This document shows positions 12,196 to 24,849 of a DNA stretch of 64,000 nt, in pieces. The position numbers were made by a program, and so were the translations under genes. The stretch comes from Lingula anatina (taxonomy: Eukaryota > Animalia > Brachiopoda): NCBI GenBank assembly GCA_051362555.1, contig CM120640.1, positions 29,655,967 through 29,719,966 of the forward strand, written 5' to 3'. Each line of letters opens with the position of its first letter. Position 1 is the first letter of the stretch. The notes under the pieces were generated by a model. It was given only the letters and a program-made list of their open reading frames with translations, was not told where the DNA came from and searched no databases.

Positions 12196-14595
12196 GTAAG
12201 ACGACTGGACAGATATCTACATTCTCTTTGTTTTATTGGCGAGTTAATTGACCTGTTTTCAAAGTATCAAAAATATGTTGTATATGAAATTAAACTTCAA
12301 ACAAACAAATGCATGTTCAGTAACAAGATGTTGTACTATTGTGTCATTGCATTCCTGGAAACGATGGGACCAGGTTGGGGAGGTGAGGGTGGGAGGGTGG
12401 GCGGGGGTACAGTGTCCTTCTCTTAATTTAAGAGGTATCCCTTCTCTCTTCCAAATTAACAAATCAAAACAAGAACAAGAACAAATGAAAAGCGAAAAAA
12501 TTGTACATGAAACGAAACTAGACGAAATCCAGCTAATGTATCTTCGTATCCTCGCCCCCTCCGCCTGAAAAACCCTGGCTTGGGCAGTGAAAACGTGCCT
12601 AATGTCTTTTTTTAGATCCTGTCAATTTTATACTAATTGGGCCCGTCTGCCAAATGTTTTCATTCAATATTTCTGTTATCCGGGCGCCTGGTCCTTTAAT
12701 TGTGCATCTTACATATGAATGCAAAGAAGTATGTTGTCATTAAACAGTGTCCATAGGGTAGAAAATAATAGGAATGGCACAACAGTGTTTTGTTAACACA
12801 TTCCCTTGTGTTCCAAAATAGCATGCTGTAAAGTTATACGAATACTGCTTCATCAAACCGTGTCGTGAATGTGATTTTCTTCGTTTATTTCAGTGGCTCC
12901 CAGCTGCTGTTTACCGGGTGATTGGATGCGTCGCCGATGAAAGACATCAAATTCATGTTGGACATCGCCTGCGCCCATGCCAAGATTGTCTCGCTTGTTG
13001 AAGTTTGTCTTGTAGTTTATTTGTAGGGTTGACATTTGATATGAAATATAATCTTTGCCTTGGATAGTAATATTCTGCATAAAATGTGTATAAAATAATT
13101 GTTGTACGCAGCAAAAATTTTTAACGAAACTTCTGATCAGAGAAAAAGAAAGAAATGAAAGGCGTCGACCCTGCATGTCGCTGGTTATATATTACAGATT
13201 TGTTTCTAAATCGTAGTACAGTACTTTATCCGCTCATATCGTTTCAAGGTATTTTATTTATTATGTATATTTATTATTGTGTCAGAAGGAAGTACCCATC
13301 AATTCTCAAACAAAAATACGGCACTTTTTAGAGTTCACTTTTTAAAAAAATAATTTTAATGCAAAAAGTATTTTGCTGAAATGATGGATAAAAAACAAAA
13401 ATGATAGTTATCAATTATTATTATTATTGTTATTATTCGATTTTTAGGTAGAGTACTGCGCGAGCACTATTGATTTTCTAGTTGAAGGTAAAAATTGTCT
13501 TTGGGCAAATCTTCAGTTAGCCACTAAGCTGTGCATTTGAAGATATTTTAAATATTTATTTTGAATTAAATTGAATTGAATTGAATTGAATTCTGAGATT
13601 CCGATAAGCAAAATATCTCGACTTCATTATATGGAACTTTTGAGAGACAAACGGTTTCATACAGTGACCGTTAAGTTTGAAAAAAGAACAAGTTGTTAAT
13701 TTAAAATAACTTACAAACACTGTTCTTCAAGTTATAATGCTTTGGAAATTGGTGGTATAAAAAACGATCCTTTTTTTAATTGTGGATATACGTTTGTGAC
13801 GCATGTTAAGAATGAACTTACTTTGGTTTCGGTGTTTTGATATTGTGTCTGATCAGTGACAGATACACATGTATTGTGCTTGGAGGGGTCTAAAACAATG
13901 TTAAGAAAATGGAACCAGGAGAGAAATAGGGATTTTCACGAAATTACTGCGCATTCGTTATCGCAGTAGGGGAATATATGTTACCAGCGTGATAAAAATT
14001 GTCCCTTCTTGGGGCCACCAAAATTTATCAGCATTGCATGAGCTCATTTGTGTGTTGTTCGACTTTTTGCCAATATCGCAAAGCAGAAATGTAAGTGCTC
14101 CCCTGGAAAACGTCTTTGTTCATATGCATGAAAATATCTATGTAGAACTGACATTTATTATAACCTTTCCATTTTTAATTTCCAAAATTTATCATGCATT
14201 TCAAATTGATTACTTCAGCCATCGCAAAACATTGTTTGGGGGGGGGGGGGGGGGGAGGGGGAGGGCAGAGGGGTTGAAGAGTTGTCCCAAATAATTCACT
14301 GAAGTTACGTTCACCCATGTACCTTGTTCGAAGTGCATTATTAATTAATATTTCTTTGGCTGTGATTGAGGGGTGATTGAGAGAAAAAGGTCTGATTAGA
14401 TGCCAGTCCTGCGCGTCTTGTTGGGGTATTTTTGCTAAGTGTTTCTTGATTACTGAGCACCGGAGACCATAGTAAGGGTGTTAGCATTTGTGTATAAATG
14501 AATTTTAGGTCACCGTTTTTCTTTCTGCGTAATCTTTTCAGTTTTGTTTGTATATTTGTCATGACTAGAATAAGCTTGGAAATTGACCATGTCTT

Positions 14596-14769
14596 TATGC
14601 CGTTCCTGATTCGCATATGTGCAAATTTAAGTTTTCGCTCAAAGTCGTGCCATTAACCTACCAATATTAAGGATGTAATGGAATAAGAAAAATAACGTAA
14701 AACACTCGATTCTTAAAAATGACTATCTTTGTCTACCTTTTTCTGTGCGGGAATCAGCACGACGGCATA
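14596..14769. mobile_element. Possible small MITE
   Basis: Imperfect inverted ends TATGCCGTTCCTGATTCGC / GCGGGAATCAGCACGACGGCATA. Confidence 0.4.
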
Positions 14770-15309
14770 GAACAAGGTGTGCGTGAGTGCGAGTGCACGT
14801 GAGGGGAAGTCGCCTAGATGTGAGATTATATGCATTTTGGAATTTCGATATCATTCACACCACTGAAATTGGACACTTTGCTCCTCAATGGAATTATTAA
14901 CGTCAACTTTGAACATTTGACATGAAAATTTGACAAGTACGATATGATCGGCCTTTCAATTTATCTACCACTCTTGGTCAATTTTTTATATGAATTTTGT
15001 TTTGGTAAGGATTATGTCGAAATTCTCTTTTATATAAATAAAAAGAATTCGTTGTTTGAGCAGCAATTTCCAAAGTGCATGAAATCCTTCATATGTGTTA
15101 GTTAGTCTACTATCTGGTAGACTTCTTGTATTTTTTTGTAAAAGCATAATTTATAGAATTTTTTAGAAATTTGACGCTATTGTAATGGTTGCTATTAACG
15201 TAGAAAAAACGTAACTTCACGTATGTTGTTTTGTATAAAACTTCGTTGAAATTACTTGGAATTTGTTGACACAATAAATAATGAAAATAATGTACAGATA
15301 TTTGTGTTG

Positions 15310-15535
15310 AATTCCCTTTCATTTTTCACCTTCTGTTCCCTTTAGCTCTATTCTAACTCTAGTTCTCCAGTGCACAGGTGTGTCGTCTTACCTAAAGAGC
15401 CTCTTGTATTAGATATCTTGCTTGTTTGAATTTTTTGCAAAAGGTAATTTGCTGGGACCCAGTAGCGCCAGGTTTCGAACTTGGGACTTTCTGACTCGGA
15501 GGCAAGCGCGTTACCTACTCCTCTAAGTGTTCCCA
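15310..15535 (-). mobile_element. Possible tRNA-derived SINE (A/B-box head)
   Basis: The minus strand reads TTAGAGGAGTAGGTAACGCGCTTGCCTCCGAGTCAGAAAGTCCCAAGTTCGAAACCTGG: A-box-like and B-box (GTTCGAAACC) motifs at tRNA spacing, without a good acceptor stem. The 3' extent is uncertain. Confidence 0.5.
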
Positions 15536-17695
15536 CCCACCCTCCTTGGGAAGACTTTCCTCTTATAGTAACCAAAGGGAAATTTCTGTAAAGCCCTTGA
15601 AAAGTATTCAATGATTTCCAAGTACCCGGACCAGGAAACGAACCCAAACCCGAGGGGTAGCACCGAGACAAATTATTGTAGTAACCAAAGTAAACTTCTA
15701 ATAAAAATCCCAATACATTAAAGAAATTTTAGAAACGTAAGCCAAGGTCGAAGCCCAACCCCAGGGTGCCGCTGAGAAACGCAACCGTCAAAGAAATAAC
15801 TGAGACATTTTGTATACTTGGAAAGTCTTTATTCAGTCCCAAATAACTACGTATTAATTATATTAAAGCATTTTATTCTAAAACTACCAAGTTTAAGAAC
15901 ACTTAAATCACTACTTAATCACTTTGAATATCTGTAAGACATGCATGTAAGACAAAGTTATATCTCAAAGGTGTAACATATACAACAAATGTATTACATT
16001 TCACCAATAAACGGTCAACTTAACTACTCGTTTATGGTTTGTTGTTATCAATATCTACAAGCATTTAAAAAAATTCAAAACAAATTTGAGAAATTGACAG
16101 TAATTAAAGAGATATAAAGCAGTTCATCAAATGATTTATTTGATTTATTATTACAATAGCATAAAACGTGGAAAAAAGACATATCATGAAAATCGCTGTT
16201 GGGAAAATATATCAGTAAATTGTTGTAAGTTCCAAGTGATCTTTCAAAATATTCACTTTCGTCTTGAAAAAAAAATGATGATCTGGACAATCAAAAGTTT
16301 CCATATTTGTGCATATTTTATTCGCACGACAACGTAACGCCAAGTCACCACTCGTTACCTTGCTGGTACTTTCGCCCTAAAAAGTTGGAAACATCGTTAT
16401 TTTGAATAGTTATAAAATAGCCATTATTATTTATGGTAAATATTTTAACCAAATATTGTTGGATAATGAACCCACCATTTGTTAATCTTTATTAACACAG
16501 AAGATTTTCCCAACACATTACATTTTTTTTATTATTGAAAAACAATGTCACGTTTCCAACCAACAATCTCCCAGGGCCGCTGATTTCATGTGCACTTTTC
16601 TCTGACGCATGCAGGACAGAAAAGTCCTATTGTTTAACTAGCGACATATCTGTGAAAACGTGTATCTAGTGAAAAATCAATCTGTGGCCCTGGTAGAGGG
16701 TAATCATTATTGTAGTACCATTTAACAAAGGCCACGGCGGCAAACTTGAAGGTCTTACTAGAATAGAGCAAGTTGAAAGGCATTACGGGCAGATATCTTT
16801 ACTGAAATAAACCAAACCTGTATCTGACGACCACGCAGTCTTAGACATGCCATGTTTCTAATACCCAATGCTTAATTTTAAAAGTATCGACAGAACGATT
16901 AACATTTGATTGAAACATAATTTTGCGCTATCAGTTCGCCCCCTATGCCTTGAAGGGTTGACATTGTTGGTCAGTGAACCCACATTTTTAAAGCTCCCGT
17001 CACACAAAAATCTGTACAGTGTAGCTATAATTCAACTTATATTCAACGGACTGAAATAGTACAACTGGACTAGTGAAATCGTGCCCAAATTAGAAATGGA
17101 AGTGTAATACATATACAGTGTACCTACTGTCTGTTACGCTCTTTTTATTTCAACCTCCAAACGCTTACAACAAATATTTACAAAAGTAAATAAAAAGGGA
17201 TTTAAATCGGAGATTCCACACATTTCCCCTTTTTGTCTGCTTCTTTCAAATATACTCCTGGTACGTCTTTAACTGACGATACCTTTTCTACTAACGAAGT
17301 TCGAAATAATTGTCATTTCCGTAGGACGTGATAAGATGAAGTAATGGAGGAAGCAAAATGTTGTGGGGGAAACACTGGGGAATGGTCAAACCATTTTTAT
17401 GCATGCACGCGTCACAGTCCTTCTTATAAAATAAATTACAAATAAGTGAACATTAAATCCCTAACACTGATACATTGAAACGTTATACTGAATAGGTTAA
17501 AACATAAATATTCGTATACTTAGTTTCCAGACCGCCTCGCATCCACTCCCTGATCACGTATGGTGTAACAACTCTTCCAAGAGAGTAGGTTCAATTTGCT
17601 TTATGGGGGAGGGGCTAAAGCTTTTCTGTCCAACCCTCACCCTTATCTGACAGACAGACAAGCAAAACTTGATTAAAAATTTACTAAAATCAAAA

Positions 17696-17698
<3 letters not shown>

Positions 17699-17761
<63 letters not shown>
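17699..17761. repeat. (TA)n microsatellite
   Basis: About 31 uninterrupted TA units. Confidence 0.97.
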
Positions 17762-17764
<3 letters not shown>

Positions 17765-18145
17765 CATTTGTGTTAAATATATTTCAAAAACAAACCAGAA
17801 GAAAACACCAAAAATGAAATAATATTATGTAGGTCAATGGCGATTCTAAATTGGTCCACTGCTTTTATCTGAACAGTTTTCGCCACGTTTGACAAACTGG
17901 GCAGTACTATAACGCCACCTGGAGGAAAATATGATCGTCTCTGTTGCAATAAGTATCTATCACATTATGATATCAACATACTACATGTAGCTGTATATGA
18001 CATCTGCGTCTTTGTATGTCCACACATGAATCTACAGTGTATGTACAGGTGTATGTGAGCAAAAATCTAATAAGGTTGGTTTTTAAAGTTAGATCTGTGT
18101 TTCAGTCTACAGAAAGAGCAACTTGATTATGATTGAGGTAAGCTT

Positions 18146-18243
18146 CCCAACAGACAAACGACGTAGATTCACCGTTGAATCAACGTTAATTTTGGTGGAT
18201 CAACGTTGAATCAACGTAGAATCAATGTCGTTTGCCTGCTGGG
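18146..18243. mobile_element. 98-bp CACTA/EnSpm-type MITE inserted in a satellite monomer
   Basis: TIRs CCCAACAGACAAACGAC / GTCGTTTGCCTGCTGGG, 3-bp TSD CTT and internal TCAACGTTGA palindromes. Removing it restores the monomer motif TAAGCTTATC.GTTGACTGTG. Confidence 0.8.
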
Positions 18244-19012
18244 CTTATCTGTTGACTGTGTGTAATTGAAGTGAATTTTTGAGAAAAGTGAAAACTAGAC
18301 TTAAAAGACTGGCAAATTCCGATGATAAAAACAGTCAAATGTTAATAATAATGACATATCAAGTCCAGTGGTTGTGACATTTGTACAACTGAAGCTTAAC
18401 AACTGTATAAATCTGAGATAAGCTTATCAGTTGATTGTGTATCATGAAAAACTTTTATATTTTATAATTACATTTAAAAACTGGCAAATTACATGGCTTA
18501 CAATTGTTAAGCATTAATAATTTTGACAAATTTAGTCCATTATTTGTGATACTTGTACAAATGCTGCTTAACAGCAATAGAAATGTGATAAGCTCATCAG
18601 TTACACTGTGTGATTACTGATGACTGAGTAACTGCATATTTGTAAAAAACATATTTTTAAAAGAGTGCAAATTACATTAAAAAAACTGCTAAATTCAACA
18701 GATTAAAATAGTTAAACGTTAATATCTCTGCCAGATGTACTTCCATGTTTGTAAAACTTGTACAACTGTGGCTTAGTTAGTAACTGAAATAATCTAAAAT
18801 AAGCTGATCAGTTAACTGTATGTAATGAAAGTAATATTCAGGACAACATATTTGAGAAAACTGATAACAACTATAAAAAAACTGGAAATTCCATGGATAA
18901 AAAAGAGTTAAAAATTAATGATTTTGACAAATCTAGTCCAAAGTTTGTGAAATGTATACCACTCAAGTTAAAAAAAAAAACAAGAACAAGTTAATCTGCT
19001 ATGTGTAATTGA

Positions 19013-19061
<49 letters not shown>

Positions 19062-19064
19062 CAG

Positions 19065-20146
19065 GAAGACTGTCAACATATGAGTTCTTATTCAAGTTCA
19101 GTAGTATCTATGGGCATGCCAGTTTTGGAGACATAAGAGACAGAAATTTTGCAAAGTTCAGTTCATGGTGAAAAGTAGGTCAAAGGTCAATTTCAAGGTC
19201 ACAGATTGCCAGTATATGACTTCCTATTGAAGATCAATATCTCTGCTAGTTTTGGAGATAAAGTGATGGAAAACTTGCAAAGTTCAGCTCATGGTGAAAA
19301 GTGGGAAAAAGTAAATTTCAAGGTCACGTATTGCCAGTATATGACTTCAGTAGTAACTTTGGGCACATCTCCGCTAGTTTTGGAGATTTAAGGGGTGGAC
19401 GACTTGCAAAGTTCAGTTAATGGAGAAAATTTGGTCAAAAGTCAATTTCAAGGTCACATATTGCCAGTATATTACTTCCTGTTCAAGTTTAATAGTAACT
19501 TTGGGTGTATATCTGGCAGTTTTGGAGATATAAGGGACAAAAAAAGTTGCAAAATTCAGTTCAAATTGAAAATGAGGTCAAAGGTCAATTTCAAGGTAAC
19601 AGTTAGATTGTCAGTATGTGACTTCATATTCAAGTTTTAAAGTAACTTTGGGCGTATCTCTGGCAGTTTTGGAGATACAAGGGACAGAGAGTTGCAAAGT
19701 TCAGTTCAAATTGAAAATTAGGTCAAAAGTCAATTTCAAGGTCACATATTACCAGTATATGACTTCCTGTTCAAGTTTAATAGTAACTTTGGGCGTATAT
19801 CTGGTCACTTCTCCCATAAAAATGCACCAACTGACCCCAAACTCACGAAGATGAAAGATGACCCTAAGGGTAATACCCTTTGCAAAAAAAAAAAAACATT
19901 TAAAGAAAATTTTGGCCCATTTACCTTAAATGGGCATATTTTAAATCCCACATACCACTTTCAGTCATCCATAGAAACTTTTCCTGCAATGCCTTCAGTT
20001 TGGGAGATATTTTGCATTTCATTTTGCAAATTTTGGACAAGGGTGCAATGTGACGAACACCACACCTACACCCCAGCACCGACACCTACATACAAGAGAT
20101 GGATACACGGGCTCTTATAGTTTAAGAGGAGAAGCAGTAAAAGTGA
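19065..20146 (+). mobile_element. Copy 2 of the tandem-repeat-bearing non-autonomous element, lying inside the satellite arm
   Basis: AGGTCAAAGGTCAATTTCAAGGTCACAG units and the end CAAGAGATGGATACACGGGCTCTTATAGTTTAAGAGGAGAAGCAGTAA match the reverse complement of 2896-4283; preceded by a ~47-nt poly-T. Confidence 0.72.
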
Positions 20147-23100
20147 TGTGGTGGCAGAGCACAATGTGCAATAAGACTTAAAATGTACCAAAATTACCAT
20201 CATGAATATAATAAAATATTAACAATTTTGTCAATTATATTTTATTTCTTTTTAATTTGAAAAAATGACATTTAACAACTGCAGATATCTGTGATAAGCT
20301 TATCAGTTGACTGTGTGTAACAGAAGTGTAGCTTATTGGCAATAACTATGAGAAGAGTGAGAATTATTGAAAACAAACATTTTTATACGCCAATATATCA
20401 TATGTATCATTCAATATATCATTCAGTCTCCAAAGAAACATCAAATGTGATAATTTGTTTGCTTGTGTAGAGGTGACAAATTGTCCAGAAATGTGACCTA
20501 GAAAACAACATATACCCATTCAAGACTTCTCCTTACTACCAATACCAGGTGCAGATTCCTCCTTACAATCACTTTCTGGAATTGGGTTTAGCACACCATT
20601 TGATAAAATATATTTGAAAAAAGTGTAAATTAAATATTAAAAATTGATAAATTTCCCAGATAAAAATAGTTTAACATAAATACTTTTGATAAAGTTAAGC
20701 TAAATAGATGACTGTGTTTAATAAAAAGGATATTTTCAGTCAATATATTCGAGAAGCTGAAAATAACATTGAAAAAACTGCCAAATTCAATAACTTAAAA
20801 TAGTTAAATGTTAATAATGTTGGCATATCTAGTCTAATATTTGTGAAATTTGTACAAATCACGCTTCACATCAATAAAAATCTGTGAAAAGCACATCAGT
20901 TGACAATGTCAAATGAAAAAGATTTTTTCAGAACATATATTTTTGAGAAAACTGAAAAGACTGCCAAATTCCATGACTTAAAATGGTTAAACATTAATAA
21001 TTTTGACAAATCTGGTCAAATATTTGTGAAATTTGAACATATGATGCATAACAACAATAACAACCTGCAATAACCTCATCAGTTGACTGGGTCCAATGAA
21101 GAAGATTTTTTCAGACAATATAACTGAGAAAAATGAACATTACATTGAAAAGACTGGCAAATTTCATGGTATAAAATAGTTAAATGTTAATAGTTTTGAC
21201 AAATCTAGTCCAATGTTTTTGACATTTGTACAAATGATGCTTAAAATCAATAAAAATCTCGGAAAAAACTCATCAGTTGACTGTGTCTAATGAAAAAGAT
21301 TTTTAAGATCATATTAATTGGAGAAAACTAAAAATTACATTGAAAAGACTGCCAAATTCCATGGTCTAAAATAGTTAAACGTTAATAATTTTAACAAATC
21401 TTGTCCAATATTTGTGAAATTTGGATAAATGGAACTTAACAATAATTAAAATCTGTGATAAGCTTATCAGTTGACTATGTGTAATAGAATTGTAGTTTAT
21501 TGACAATTTGTATGAAAAGAGTGAGAATTTCCAAAAACATTTTTTTCAATTTCACAACATATAAGTAGCCTCACATCAAGGAGTTATAACAGAAGGAGAT
21601 TACACGCGTGGGGGCGGAGCCTGTATTACGGTCTCTCATTGGTTGGAATGAATAGAACCCAGAGAACAATGGATGCCTATCTCTGTTACGCTTAATTGTT
21701 ACTCTCGTTTAAATCTCGTTTGTTAGTATCTGTGCCTTCGTCTGTCGATTTTTGAGGACAGAAACAGAAACGGAGTCCCAAGTTTCTAAAAAATGAGAGA
21801 AATACAGAAATTATATGATATTACGTTGGACAAGGTTTTCAAAAAACAGGTAAGTGCTTTTAAATGCATAACTACTCGAAATATGAAGATAAATTGCAAC
21901 TTTTATGCCGTGGGGTCTCACTGTGTAAGTGTCCAGCTCCACGTCGATCTCGCGAGGTGGTGTGTGGTGGAGCATAAATATTGCATGAAAAATATTTCCC
22001 ACTCATAACAAGTGCTTATAAATATAGTATCAGATGAAGAAAGTTTGGTCTTAATACAGTTGCAATTGTTAAGTAATTTGTGGCAATAGCAAAGAATAAA
22101 ACTTAGGTGCACTTTCAGTAGCCGAATAACAAGCAGATGCTTAAGCCACCATCTTGTTAATATTTCGAAAAAAATTACTCCAAAAGACATTTTCCTCCTA
22201 CTTTTTGAAACTTGTGTCACATGACAGTCATAAAATTTAACTCATTGTTATGTGTGCAACACACTTGCTTGAGCAGTATTGTTTTTTTTGCGATTTTACA
22301 TGTGGTCTAGCTTGGATACGACAATTGACAATTTTCATGAGTTCCGATCAAAAAGTGTTACGCTTGTTACGGCCAAAAGCCTTACCGCTTTTTGTTCTTT
22401 TCAAATGCAAGATTATAAAAAAATTTGGTGTGTTTAGATTCTTGAACATCTTGGTCGTGGCGTGGTATATATTGCATGGATACTGCTCCAATATTTCTTG
22501 AAAAAAATAACCTGATTTGTTCAGAATACCAATTTTTTACTCTAGTGTTATGGGTAAATGTACCATTTTGGCCTTTACCTTTTTCATGTTTAAATCTAAA
22601 AAGACTTATCATGACAGTTGGTCATCATTTTTCTTCTCACCATGGTGGGTGGCTTTGGAGTGGTAACTTTGTTGTTAAAGTAAAGTGCTCAGTTTTTTTG
22701 ACTGGAAAATTTTGCCTCCACCCAGCATTTTCCATCATGGCGGTCTAACAGGAAGTTTGACTTCATGGCATAGTTATTTTTAACTTATTTAGTCTTCTTT
22801 TTACATATATATGTTTTAATTCATATTAAACCTTTGAAAAAAGAACACACATGAATCCTGGTGCTTCTTAATTTAAAGTCTTAAGTTCACCTAGGCTCCA
22901 CCAATTACTTTACCTGTTATCTCACTACACATCTCCCTTTGAGTCGAGGTGTGTAAGACACACCTTATTGTGTAAGACACCTCTATAATTAAGGGGTACT
23001 TGCTTCTCTACTTTAATTATACTTCACTACTTTGGCATGTTAGGTGGCAAGCTTGGATGTTTCAGTTCATTTTAAGAAAGAAGCTTTGCCTTGGTGGTTA

Positions 23101-23656
23101 CAAAAGAATAGAACTCTATTAAAGTCATAATAACTCTTCGTTTTGGCCAAAAATTGGATTTTCCTGGAAGAAACGGCAATTTTCCCGTACTTACCAATGG
23201 CCAACGACCCCATTCCTGCATTCAAAGTTAATCCAGGGTTTTTTTCCTTAACGTACGGTTTTTTGTTAAAATCTCTTAAGAGATTTTAACTGACGGAGCT
23301 CTCTCTGACATTGCAAAGTCACTGGTGACCTACTTAAAACCGCGGGAAAAGCAGCAGATCTAGACAACAACAACACTATATAAGATGCATGAGATATATT
23401 CGTCTTTTTGTTAAAAATGCATTTATATCCACAATGTGTGCCATTCTGGGCTTTTCGTTATCCGACGCACTGTACAAAAACTCGCAACTTACGTCTGAGG
23501 GTTTCCCGCCATGTTATTTTGGTCTCGAATGAACGCGAGAATCCGCGTGACACCATTACGTCATTAGCAACGAATGCACTTGTCAACCGGAAAAAAGGGA
23601 TCGAAAGCCCTATTGACAAGCACATATTTTAGTTTTCCTACAATAACGGCCGTTTT

Positions 23657-24350
23657 CCCTTACGAAAATTTCCTATAGGATCCTATAGGATTCCTATAGG
23701 ATCCTATAGGGTCCTATAGGAAATCTTATAGGATCCTATAGGGCACATTTCCTATAGGATTTCCTATAGGATCCTATAGGAAATTGTTGTAAGTTAAAAC
23801 CTTGAGAAAAATGCATATCTTATAAACATATATCATTCTAAACAATAGATATTTGATATAGGTCCATTTTATCAATTGAATTGTCAATTATATATCACTA
23901 TTAAAGCAAAAATGCTTTTTATTGTTTATAATCCCTTAAGAAAATTTCCTATAGGATTTCCTATAGGATATCCTATAGGAAATCCTATAGGATCCTATAA
24001 GATTTCCTATAGGATTTCCTATAGGATCCTATAGGAATTCCTATAGGATCCTATAGGAAATTGTCCCTTTTTCCTATAGGATCCTATAGGATTTCCTATA
24101 GGATCCTATAGGATTTCCTATAGGATCCTATAGGATTTCCTATAGGATCCTATAAGATTTCCTATAAGATCCTATAGGAAATCCTATAGGAAATCTTATA
24201 GGATCCTATAGGAAATCTTATAGGATCCTATAAGAAATCCTATAGGAAATCTTATAGGATCCTATAGGAAATCCTATAGGAAATCCTATAGGATCCTATA
24301 GGAAATCTTATAGGATCCTATAGGAAATCTTATAGGAACCTATAGAAATT
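23657..24350. repeat. Subterminal arrays of the palindrome TCCTATAGGA (variants CTTATAGG/CCTATAAG)
   Basis: Dozens of 10-12-bp units. Similar arrays at ~26720-27430, 27760-27880, 28075-28460 and 30835-31210. Confidence 0.95.
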
Positions 24351-24486
24351 TATATTAACTGCTTTGAATATTTTTACAGCTTTTTATATATTGTTGGAAC
24401 TTTGGCAAAATTGGTTATAGGCACTGGTCCCTCAAAACAAAAGAGAGTATCATGTTTACATTCTTTATTCAATATATAAAAAAATT

Positions 24487-24849
24487 TTAATGTACATATT
24501 CCACAGTATGGTATGCAACCAGCTTACTAGAGAATTGTTTCATAGATTTTTGCAAATTTAACAATGCTGCTCCTGCGTTTGAATTATAAGTTCTATAAGT
24601 TATCACAAGGATCCAATATGTCTTGTCAAGCTGTGGCGTCACTGTCTTTTTCTTGTGCGCGTTCGAACTCCTGCCAGAATGAGTGGCTAAAACCTCCCTT
24701 GGCCAGATTGTGTACATTGTCAGCATACTGCTTTAGTCACTTCATAATTGAAGAATTTCAGACAAAAGTCTTTTGCACATTGTTCAACTTTACTGTGATA
24801 GTCTTCTTAAACTCCGTCTAAGTTGTGTTGAACCATTTGCAGACGCTTT
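24487..24849 (-). pseudogene. Decayed BEN-domain-like exon in the inner element
   Basis: TIWPREVLATHS-GRSSNAHKKKTVTPQLDK resembles the BEN pattern (l..lw..evL...S..G......k....pLd). Acceptor CTTTCTTTCAG lies upstream on the minus strand; upstream frames are broken. Recognised by eye only. Confidence 0.55.

Larger units (their letters stand above)
18110..21576 (+). repeat. Old, diverged left arm of the ~194-bp satellite, including one internally deleted copy of the unique segment (~20440-20620)
   Basis: Recurrent AATCTGTGATAAGCTCATCAGTTGACTGTG / CTGCCAAATTCCATGG..TAAAATAGTTAAAC motifs. TACCAATACCAG.TGCAGATTCCTCCTTACAATC at ~20536 matches the unique segment of the main array. Confidence 0.88.

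Noticed and set aside
15468-15535. Functional tRNA gene
   Set aside because: A/B boxes are present but the acceptor and anticodon stems do not pair convincingly; treated as SINE-like.
23195-23615. Another MITE inside the P-like element (CAATGGCCAACGACCCC / GGGATCGAAAGCCCTATTG)
   Set aside because: The inverted ends are too degenerate and no TSD is evident.
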